64,000 nucleotides of DNA from contig CBDUMS010000005.1 of NCBI GenBank assembly GCA_965368405.1, positions 2,128-66,127 on the forward strand. The letters run 5' to 3'. Both the position numbers and the translations under genes were made by a program. Below, piece by piece: positions 18,050-26,020 of the stretch; position 1 is the stretch's first letter; every line of letters begins with the position of its first letter. This DNA comes from an uncultured Cyclobacteriaceae bacterium (GTDB lineage: Bacteria; Bacteroidota; Bacteroidia; Cytophagales; Cyclobacteriaceae). The notes below the pieces were generated by a model. It did not search any database, was not told the DNA's origin, and worked only from the letters and a program-made list of their open reading frames with translations.

Positions 18050-19081
18050 ATGCATAAAATGACGAATTCAATTTGCTACACGCTGATCATTTTTACAATG
18101 ATTTCCTGTGGCACCTCTACTGAACAATCTCAACTTAACGATAACATTCTGAAATCACTTGGGCATAAGTACAAGCTGGAATTTGGTGAGCTTACAACTT
18201 TGTATGAAGAACAGCTGAAGGAAGATTCAATTAATGTTAGCGCCTATGTTGGACTTGCAGAATCGAAGGTACTGCTCTATGTCTTCGGCTATATTCCAAG
18301 AGAAGAGTGTATGCCACGAGCGTGGCAAACATATGAGGTCGCCAATGCCCTTGACTCATTGAATTCTGACGTACGAAAACTGGCCGGGATCCTCCATTAT
18401 TTAGATTGGAATTGGATACCTGCTGAACGGGAATTTAAAACAGCTATTAAGTTAAATTCTTCCAATTTAAATGCCCGCCACTGGTATTCCTTATGGTTGA
18501 TGTCTATGAATAAAGTTGAAGAATCGATGGCTCAGTCCGATACGATAATGTCGATGGATACAGACCATAATTATAGAATAGGAAGAGCATCTATCTATTA
18601 TTTCCGCCACATGTATGAAGAAATGAAAACGCTAATGCTAGATGAAATTGAAGATGATCCTTCTGTTCCGTGGGCCTACGATTGGTTAGGGATGGCTTAT
18701 AATGGCCTGGAGGAACATGATCAGGCATTAGAGACTTATTTTAAGGCATTTGAGCTTTCTGATGGAACGGTTGAAGTAGGTGCAGGACTTGGCCATGCGC
18801 TTGGAGAAGCCGGAGAGGTTGATTTAGCTAAAAAAATGGCAGACTATTATGCGGAAGCATCGAAGAATAATTATTTACCCTATTGTCAAAGGTCATTTAT
18901 TCATATCAGCATTGGCGAGCACGATCAAGCACTTGAATTACTAGAGCAGGCTTATGAAAACAAATCGTGGTTTCTGATATTTATGCAGATTGAACACTGG
19001 TATGATCCTATAAGAGATGATGATCGATTTCAGTTGATCCTTAACAAAATGCAATACCCGGAAAACGACCTTATCCTTTAA
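18050..19081 (+). CDS. TPR-repeat lipoprotein
   Basis: The ORF track starts at 17951. The Met at 18050 gives lipoprotein signal MHKMTNSICYTLIIFTMISCG. TPR-like helical repeats are present (WAYDWLGMAYNGLEEHDQALETYFKAFELSD). Confidence 0.65.
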   Translation: MHKMTNSICYTLIIFTMISCGTSTEQSQLNDNILKSLGHKYKLEFGELTTLYEEQLKEDSINVSAYVGLAESKVLLYVFGYIPREECMPRAWQTYEVANALDSLNSDVRKLAGILHYLDWNWIPAEREFKTAIKLNSSNLNARHWYSLWLMSMNKVEESMAQSDTIMSMDTDHNYRIGRASIYYFRHMYEEMKTLMLDEIEDDPSVPWAYDWLGMAYNGLEEHDQALETYFKAFELSDGTVEVGAGLGHALGEAGEVDLAKKMADYYAEASKNNYLPYCQRSFIHISIGEHDQALELLEQAYENKSWFLIFMQIEHWYDPIRDDDRFQLILNKMQYPENDLIL

Positions 19082-19257
19082 GCGCCACTAAAAAACACCC
19101 TTCTGGTGAAGGCAATGTGGTCTGTTTTGCTATTAAAAAAGTGTATCAACCTATCAACAACACCCAACTTAAACCTTTTCGGGTTTTTCCATCAAAAAGC
19201 GCTAGTCATTCTTTACCAGTATAGAATTACTGTAGATCTGCCAGCGTCGATTATGAC

Positions 19258-19413
19258 CTAATCCTTCTTACAGTTTTTACACCGCTTTTTCTTCTTTAGT
19301 TTTTCTAAGATTTGCCGCTGAAGCTTATTATTTTCCTTTAAAAGTTCATTATTGGTGGTCATCACAGCATGCAGCTGATCAACTAATTGTTCAAGATTAT
19401 CGGTTTTGCTCAT
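19258..19413 (-). CDS. Possible 51-aa small protein (coiled-coil plus basic CxxC tail)
   Basis: Hand translation gives MSKTDNLEQLVDQLHAVMTTNNELLKENNKLQRQILEKLKKKKRCKNCKKD. It is below the ORF-track length cutoff. It is the only uninterrupted ORF I noticed in the 19082..19657 gap, and no homologue is recognised. Confidence 0.2.
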   Translation of the reverse strand: MSKTDNLEQLVDQLHAVMTTNNELLKENNKLQRQILEKLKKKKRCKNCKKD

Positions 19414-19657
19414 TGCAATAATTTATTGGCTAGATCACACATCACTCCTCAAGCCATTAATAAGTTTTGCATCCAAAGTAGGTCATATCTGGTTCTTGAC
19501 AAAATAGTTTGAAGACGTTAAACATTTATACTTTTCCTATTCTTTAGTATCTTCAGCTTGTTTGCAAAAACACTAGCATCATTTATAGATATATTAGTTC
19601 TAACATTCGTAAACTATTGCCATTAAAATCTATTTTGCATATCCCAATTGTATTCTC

Positions 19658-21760
19658 ATGACAACTACTTTTACCCCAAACAGGTCTCAATTCCTATTAT
19701 TAATCATCCTGTTATTTTTATTTTTTTTACCCTCCATCCCATTAAATGGCAAAAGTTCGTATGAAAGAGCACAACCTAGTGCTTTTAGTTCACTGGGAGG
19801 TATGATTTGGCTGGATGCTAACTTTAATAACCAACGAGAATCAGAAGAAAAAGGCATTAAAGGCGTGAAACTAGTATTATGGAAAAATGTTGAAAATGGT
19901 AGAACAGAATATACCTCTCCTCAAGCGACTACCGAAACTGACGATAATGGCAACTATTTATTTGATATAAAGGAACCTGGAATCTATCAGGTGGCTGTCT
20001 GGGAAGATGAGAATTTTCAAGAGGGAAAACCTCTTTACAAAATGATCAACGCTAAAGGCTCCGGGGATCCTAATATTTTCGATGTCATTGATGATAATGG
20101 CATGCCAGGCGCTAGTGGTTTCGGCGGTATTCTAGGATCAATAATTAGTGCACCTATCTATATTTCTGGAAAAACACTGCAAAAGGGTGTATACAGCTAC
20201 GGGCCTAATACATTTTTTGCCTCGGAAAACGGAGTCGATTGGACTGAAAAATCCAATGATGGAGTATTCAATTTCACTTGCTATCAAACCGATGAAGAGT
20301 TTGTCTATCTAAAAGCTCACCTATTATTACGATTACCCCGAAACGGAGGTCAGTGTTATATCCGGTATAAAGAGAATGAAGAGTGGATGGCTTTTTATAT
20401 GACCGAAAAGCAAGTATCTGACAGCCCCTATGATGAGCCAATGAGCAATGGTACAGTTGATTTTGGCTTTCAACCAAAAATAGATGGTGATGCGAGCATT
20501 CCAAAAGGAATATTATCTAGTTATTCAAGCTTCAAAGTTCAGATAAAAGGAAGTCCACGAACCATGTCAGAAATCTTAAGTCATCATAATCCCAAATCGG
20601 CCTATGGTCAGATCCCTCCTATTGACTTTCGAATAAACTCAGACAATACCATTGATGTGCTTTGGGTTGAATCCAATGGCATCAAACATTTATCAAGGAT
20701 TTCACTCGAGGATGGCAAGCTTGTTGAAGAAATTCCTATTCCGAAGCGAGTAGGAACAGGCAGGTTTTTAGGGTTTGAAAAGCTCGCCGAGAACCGATTT
20801 ATTATCGGTTATGCTACTAAGAACACATTAGATCAGGAAGATACAGAAGCCTGGTACACAGCTTTCGACAAAACCGGAAAGGAGTTTTTCTCTACCAGAA
20901 TATGGGGGGATATCGATAAAGCCAAAGTATACTCAAAGGGTGATCCTGGCGCGGCCTCATCGGCACTGATCAGGTATAATGCTGTTAACAACAAAATTCT
21001 CCTGTACCTCGGTCATGATATGAGATGGGACGATAATGTTAGGCACCAGGGTGGCTGGGTTGGTTTTCTGGATGGCAAAACCGGTAAGATTTTGATGAAT
21101 GTAAATGACCCCATAGGTAACCAATGGTACTTTTCTCACAATTTTGATCAAAGGGCAATGGTGTCGTCTGAGAATAAATACTATACCCTCGCTCATGGCG
21201 ATGCATATCCGAGAGCTCTAGGGGTTCAACGCTGGTCAGATACCGAAGGTCTGGAAGCTGAGCTGAATTATTTTGATATTAAGGGGCAAGAAGGAGACAA
21301 TGTGACCAAAACACATACTGGAGACTTGGTAGAGTTAGCAGATGGCAATGTGGCCATAGTATATTCTACCGAGATTAAAAGAAAACAGCGAGATCTTAGA
21401 TTGGCCATAATAACTGGCATGAATGAAGCTGATCCTTCCTTAATTCGCGAGACTTGGGTGACCGAATACGATAGTGAATTTGTGGGCTGGGGCTCTAGAA
21501 TAATTCAGTATGGTAAAAACCTGCTGGTTGGTTGGAATACCTTTCAGAATAATGAACCCAAAGGAACCTCCTTTGCTCTACTAAACCCAGATGGAAAGTT
21601 GATCGCGCCAATTGAACAACTTGATGATATGGTTTTATCACCCTCACAATCATTCCAAATTACTAAGGATGGTAAAAACATTGTATTTGTATCTCCTGGC
21701 GGAAATAGCCTAACTATTCACTTGATTGCAATTCAGAATGGGTTAAGCGAGTTAAAATAA
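19658..21760 (+). CDS. Secreted protein with N-terminal SdrD-B/Cna-B-like (prealbumin-fold) domain and large uncharacterised C-terminal region
   Basis: Hydrophobic signal LLLIILLFLFFLPSIPLNG. The SdrD-B pattern is GGMIWLDANFNNQRESEEKGIKGVKLVLW...TETDDNGNYLFDIKEPGIYQV. The remaining ~570 aa were not recognised. Confidence 0.55.
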   Translation: MTTTFTPNRSQFLLLIILLFLFFLPSIPLNGKSSYERAQPSAFSSLGGMIWLDANFNNQRESEEKGIKGVKLVLWKNVENGRTEYTSPQATTETDDNGNYLFDIKEPGIYQVAVWEDENFQEGKPLYKMINAKGSGDPNIFDVIDDNGMPGASGFGGILGSIISAPIYISGKTLQKGVYSYGPNTFFASENGVDWTEKSNDGVFNFTCYQTDEEFVYLKAHLLLRLPRNGGQCYIRYKENEEWMAFYMTEKQVSDSPYDEPMSNGTVDFGFQPKIDGDASIPKGILSSYSSFKVQIKGSPRTMSEILSHHNPKSAYGQIPPIDFRINSDNTIDVLWVESNGIKHLSRISLEDGKLVEEIPIPKRVGTGRFLGFEKLAENRFIIGYATKNTLDQEDTEAWYTAFDKTGKEFFSTRIWGDIDKAKVYSKGDPGAASSALIRYNAVNNKILLYLGHDMRWDDNVRHQGGWVGFLDGKTGKILMNVNDPIGNQWYFSHNFDQRAMVSSENKYYTLAHGDAYPRALGVQRWSDTEGLEAELNYFDIKGQEGDNVTKTHTGDLVELADGNVAIVYSTEIKRKQRDLRLAIITGMNEADPSLIRETWVTEYDSEFVGWGSRIIQYGKNLLVGWNTFQNNEPKGTSFALLNPDGKLIAPIEQLDDMVLSPSQSFQITKDGKNIVFVSPGGNSLTIHLIAIQNGLSELK

Positions 21761-21795
21761 ACTAATGAGTGATTTTTCATGATAACCTATTGCAC

Positions 21796-21825
21796 AAAAA
21801 AATGGACACCCCTTAAGGAGTGCCC
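21796..21825 (-). terminator. Rho-independent terminator downstream of galT
   Basis: Imperfect hairpin ggacac-c-cctt/aagg-a-gtg-c-cc at 21804..21825, centred on the palindrome CCTTAAGG. On the minus-strand transcript it is followed by T7 (a7 at 21796..21802). It lies between convergent genes. Confidence 0.5.
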
Positions 21826-21847
21826 AAATCAACTAACCAAGTAAAAT

Positions 21848-22831
21848 CTAAACATTATGATTACTAAAATCTTCGTGATTGTTAATCTTCTTTTTGTAAT
21901 GGACAGAGGATAATTCACGTAACGTACTTGCTGCTTGTTCAGCTGTAATATCCCGCTGAGGGCCACCAAACATTTCATAACCTACCATGAATTTCTTAAC
22001 CGAAGCTGACCGTAGCAATGGCGGATAAAATGAATAGTGAAAATGCCAACCGGGATACTGTTGACCATCTGTTGGTCGCTGTTGCATACCTGCCGAATAC
22101 GGGAAAGAAGTGTTAAAAAGATTGTCGTAGCGAACTGTAATCTCCTTTATAATCTTAGCGAATGATACTTCCTCCTGTTTCTTCATCTCAGAAATTGCAG
22201 AGAAATGTCTGTTAGGAATAATCATGGTCTCATAAGGCCATGTTGCCCAGACAGGAACCAAGCATATAAAATGCTCATTCTTGCAAACGACTCTCGAGCC
22301 GTCCTCTAATTCTTGGGATATATAATCTTCAAGTAAACTTCTCGCGTGCTTTTGATAATATAACTCTTGGGTTATTGTCCGTTTTTCAATCTCATTAGGA
22401 ATTGAAGGATTTGCAGCAAGAGTCTGAAATTCTTTCTTCCACATTTTGACCACGGAGACTAAACTTTGCTCATCCATTTCCGGTATTGTCAATGCGTGAT
22501 CAGACGAAAAACAAAACACTTTACAGATTCCACGTTCTCCCTTAACTCGGAATAGTCCATCTGAAACCTCATCCGTAGATCCTTCGTCTAATAATGCAGC
22601 AAAATCATTATTGAACACATACGTAGAGTCGTAACTCGGATTCATATTTCTCCCTGATCTTTCATTACCAGGGCATAGATAACATTTAGGGTCATAGGAA
22701 GGAGGCTGATCTAAAAGCACATCCTCGACCTTGCCATGCCAGGGACGTTTAGTTCTATGTGGAGAAACCAATATCCATTCTCCACTTAATTGATTATATC
22801 TCTTATGAGGCCTATCGCCTATTTTTATCAT
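21848..22831 (-). CDS. galT: Galactose-1-phosphate uridylyltransferase homologue lacking the His-Pro-His active-site segment (probably catalytically dead)
   Basis: It aligns end to end with class I GalT: RYNQLSGEWILVSPHRTKRPW, CYLCPGN, VFCFSSDH, FPYSAGM, HFHYSFYPPLLRSASVKKFMVGYEMF. However, ...QTLAANPS is followed directly by IPNEIEK, so the (V)[19 protein letters not shown] block is absent. Confidence 0.8.
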   Translation of the reverse strand: MIKIGDRPHKRYNQLSGEWILVSPHRTKRPWHGKVEDVLLDQPPSYDPKCYLCPGNERSGRNMNPSYDSTYVFNNDFAALLDEGSTDEVSDGLFRVKGERGICKVFCFSSDHALTIPEMDEQSLVSVVKMWKKEFQTLAANPSIPNEIEKRTITQELYYQKHARSLLEDYISQELEDGSRVVCKNEHFICLVPVWATWPYETMIIPNRHFSAISEMKKQEEVSFAKIIKEITVRYDNLFNTSFPYSAGMQQRPTDGQQYPGWHFHYSFYPPLLRSASVKKFMVGYEMFGGPQRDITAEQAASTLRELSSVHYKKKINNHEDFSNHNV

Positions 22832-22833
22832 AA

Positions 22834-24003
22834 TTAAATTAATGAAACACCGTCTACTATTTCTATCGATATCGGTGAGATTTCCTTCTTAAAACTATCA
22901 AAATAAATCTCATTCAGTTCATTAATTAAGTCTTGCTCCTTTCCCTTAACCAGAAGATTCAAGGTACAGCCTCCAAAGCCACCACCCATCATTCTTGAAC
23001 CTAGAACATAATCTTTAGAATTGGCAAAATCTGTCATAAAATCAATTTCTGGACAGGTAATCTCATATTCCTCCTTCATTCCAAGCTGCGCTCGCTTAAG
23101 AATCTCACCAGCTTCCAACATATCCTGCGATTTTAGAGATTTTGAAAATCTAATCACCCTCTGATTCTCTTCAATAATATACTTGCATCGTCTAAATACA
23201 ACTTCATTCATCTTCTCTTTTACAAAGATCAACTGTTCCATTGTTGCATCACGTAATGCGTTTATGTTAGGGTAGGCCAACTTAAGGACTTCAACCCCTT
23301 CTTCGCACTGCTCTCTCCTTACATTATAAGCAGAAGTTGCTAAATCGTGGGCTACATTCGAGTTGATTAATACTAAAGAATGATTCTCTAAATTAACAGG
23401 AAAATGTTCATAGCTCAAATCTCTGCAGTCTAGCTTAAAGGCTTGGCTTCTTGACCCCATCATACTCGCAAACTGATCCATTATTCCGCACTTTACTCCG
23501 GCGTATTTGTGTTCCGCTAACTGAGATATCTTCACCATTTCCAGCTTCGCTATATTTAGCTGAAACAATTCATTAATACCATAGCAGGTTCCACATTCTA
23601 ATGCTGCAGAGGACGACATCCCAGACCCTTGAGGAATATTACCGGAAAAGACTAAATTAAATCCATTTATTTCACGGTTAGAATCGACAATTCCTGCCAC
23701 TACCCCTAATATATAATTCTGCCAACTATTAGGCTCTACAGGTCTAAGTTCATCCAAAGAGAAATCATATCTATCATTAAGGTCGATAGAGACAATTGAG
23801 CATTTAGTTGGGTGACCAGATTTTCCAAAGGCAAAGACAATTTCTTTTCCTATTGCCGCAGGTAATACAAATCCATCATTATAATCTGTATGTTCACCGA
23901 TAAGGTTTATTCGACCTGGTGCTCTTACCATTAATGGAGTTGTAGAAAAAGTATTTGTAAAATACTGATGGACGACAGCCGACAAGTTTTTCAATTTGGT
24001 CAA
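22834..24003 (-). CDS. galK: Galactokinase
   Basis: Galactokinase signature APGRINLIGEHTDYNDGFVLP and GHMP ATP-binding motif PQGSGMSSSAALE. It lies immediately upstream of galT. Confidence 0.9.
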   Translation of the reverse strand: MTKLKNLSAVVHQYFTNTFSTTPLMVRAPGRINLIGEHTDYNDGFVLPAAIGKEIVFAFGKSGHPTKCSIVSIDLNDRYDFSLDELRPVEPNSWQNYILGVVAGIVDSNREINGFNLVFSGNIPQGSGMSSSAALECGTCYGINELFQLNIAKLEMVKISQLAEHKYAGVKCGIMDQFASMMGSRSQAFKLDCRDLSYEHFPVNLENHSLVLINSNVAHDLATSAYNVRREQCEEGVEVLKLAYPNINALRDATMEQLIFVKEKMNEVVFRRCKYIIEENQRVIRFSKSLKSQDMLEAGEILKRAQLGMKEEYEITCPEIDFMTDFANSKDYVLGSRMMGGGFGGCTLNLLVKGKEQDLINELNEIYFDSFKKEISPISIEIVDGVSLI

Positions 24004-24095
24004 TTAATTTGATTTAAATCCTTAAACTTAAGAGCCAATACTCAACCGAACAAATTAAAATAAGAAAACCCATGTTCAATAAAAATTTGATTTAT

Positions 24096-24127
24096 AGTCC
24101 ATATAATAGGTAGCGCAGTCCATATAA
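24096..24127. repeat. Two exact 11-bp direct repeats (agtccatataa) spaced 21 bp start to start, upstream of galK
   Basis: Read directly at 24096..24106 and 24117..24127. A 9-bp partial copy, tccatataa, is at 24556..24564 upstream of the esterase gene. Confidence 0.6.
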
Positions 24128-24611
24128 ATTGACTTCTTCATAATGAATTAGCGGCAGTTAGAACTAACGCCTGACTAAATTCGATTAATTCAGCATGATC
24201 TTTTCAAAATTATTTACACCGCGAATTAAAATAACAAAAACAGTAAGTCACTTTGCTTTTTTCTGTCCGCAAAACCAATCATAGCTTAGTATTCTTTTTT
24301 TATTAATCAAATGAATAGTTGGAAATTGATTAATGAAAAGGTTAACTCTTCTTACCATTGAATTGAGCCCCATTTACAAAGATGAATATGGAATATAATA
24401 CTTTCTATAGATGCATTTTGCGTTAAGAAAGCAGAAGTGCATTCAGTTTCTATAGGATGTAATAAGCTGCACCGATATTTTTTTGCTTTAGGTTTTAATT
24501 GCTGCCCTGTTCTTTTTGATGATTTATATTAGATTGAATAATCCTTATTTTTTCATCCATATAATTTGTACCAAAATCCATCTCAAATTCTAAAAAAAAC
24601 CTAAACTTAGG

Positions 24612-26018
24612 ATGATTATGAGACTACTAGTTCTTCTTTTGTTACTTCCGCAATTTTTGATGGCCGAGATTTTTCTTCCCTCGATCCTCTCCGACAATAT
24701 GGTTCTACAGCAAAATAGTACCGTTAAACTCTGGGGTTGGAAAACGATAAAACCTAACGGTGAGATCAGAATCATGCCGGGCTGGAGTGAAGATACTATT
24801 CGCACCAAGGGAAAAATGGGTGATTGGATAGCAGAAATTCAAACACCAGAGGCAGGTGGAACCTATCAGATACGAATCGAAAGTGATTTTGAAAGCATTA
24901 CGATAAACAATGTTTTGATTGGCGAAGTTTGGCTTGGATCAGGCCAGTCGAATATGGAAATGCCTGTTGATTCCATTCACCGGGATTTTCCAGGGGCAAT
25001 TAATTTTCGGAAAGAAATCATGGAGGCCAATTTCCCGGAAATCAGACTTTTCCTGGTCAAAAAGCAATATAGTGGGCATAAACAACTGGACTTGAAGGGT
25101 GAATGGCTTATCTGTACACCGGAATCTGTCAAAGAGTTCTCTGCCGTGGCCTATTTCTTTGCTCGTAAGCTTCACCTTAATTTAGACAACCCTATTGGCA
25201 TTATAGCCAGTAGCTGGGGCGGCACTAATGCCGAAACCTGGATTAATAGAGCAGCGCTGGATGGAAGACCTCATTTGCTGGAGCCATTCGAAGAAATGAC
25301 AACTTCCAAAGGCTGGTATCCCAATTATCCGGCAGAATGTTATAATAGTATGATCTACCCCATTCACCAATTTATCATAAAAGGAGCGATCTGGTATCAG
25401 GGGGAAAGTAATAGAAATCGACCGGAAACTTACCCTGATGTAATGGAATTACTCATTAGTTCGTGGCGCGAAGCATGGGCAATGGACTTCCCTTTTTATT
25501 TTACACAAATAGCTCCCTACGGGTACGCAAATGGCGTTCCAAGTCAAGTGATTCGAGAAGCCCAGGCAAAATGTCTAACAATTGATAGAACCGGTATGGT
25601 AGTTACTTCTGACGTTGGAGATCTTAAGCACATTCATCCAAGCGAAAAGAGAACTGTTGGTGAACGGTTGGCACGATGGGCTTTGGCAAAGGATTATAAC
25701 CAAGACATTGTATATTCGGGGCCGGTATTCAAAGAAATGGTTGTAAAAAGGAATAAAGTTATTCTCAAATTTGATTTTGCCGAAGGACTGAAGGCAAATG
25801 AACAAACGCTGGAATTGTTTGAACTTGCCAGCGAAAGTGGGCAATACTTTCCTGCCAAAGCATCAATCAAGAGTCAAACCATTGTGCTAATGAGTAAGAG
25901 CGTAAAAAATCCTAAACATGTGCGGTTTGCCTTCAAACCTAAAGCTCAGCACGGACTTTATAATAATGCAGGATTGCCAGCAGCAGCATTCAGAACTGAT
26001 AATTGGGAAGTAAAATAG
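24612..26018 (+). CDS. Sialate O-acetylesterase-like (SASA/DUF303) carbohydrate esterase
   Basis: Signal peptide is present. N-terminal FLPSILSDNMVLQQ and catalytic-serine motif LGSGQSNMEMP are typical of the SASA family. Confidence 0.8.
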   Translation: MIMRLLVLLLLLPQFLMAEIFLPSILSDNMVLQQNSTVKLWGWKTIKPNGEIRIMPGWSEDTIRTKGKMGDWIAEIQTPEAGGTYQIRIESDFESITINNVLIGEVWLGSGQSNMEMPVDSIHRDFPGAINFRKEIMEANFPEIRLFLVKKQYSGHKQLDLKGEWLICTPESVKEFSAVAYFFARKLHLNLDNPIGIIASSWGGTNAETWINRAALDGRPHLLEPFEEMTTSKGWYPNYPAECYNSMIYPIHQFIIKGAIWYQGESNRNRPETYPDVMELLISSWREAWAMDFPFYFTQIAPYGYANGVPSQVIREAQAKCLTIDRTGMVVTSDVGDLKHIHPSEKRTVGERLARWALAKDYNQDIVYSGPVFKEMVVKRNKVILKFDFAEGLKANEQTLELFELASESGQYFPAKASIKSQTIVLMSKSVKNPKHVRFAFKPKAQHGLYNNAGLPAAAFRTDNWEVK

Positions 26019-26020
26019 TG

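Noticed and set aside
19171-19188. Hairpin aaacct/gggttt plus a T-run downstream of the TPR gene
   Set aside because: The stem is AT-rich, 5-6 bp long and includes a G-U pair, 90 bp past the stop. This is marginal and was not called.
24590-24808. 72-aa minus-strand ORF overlapping the esterase N-terminus
   Set aside because: It is antisense to the signal peptide and first conserved block of the SASA esterase, and no independent support exists.
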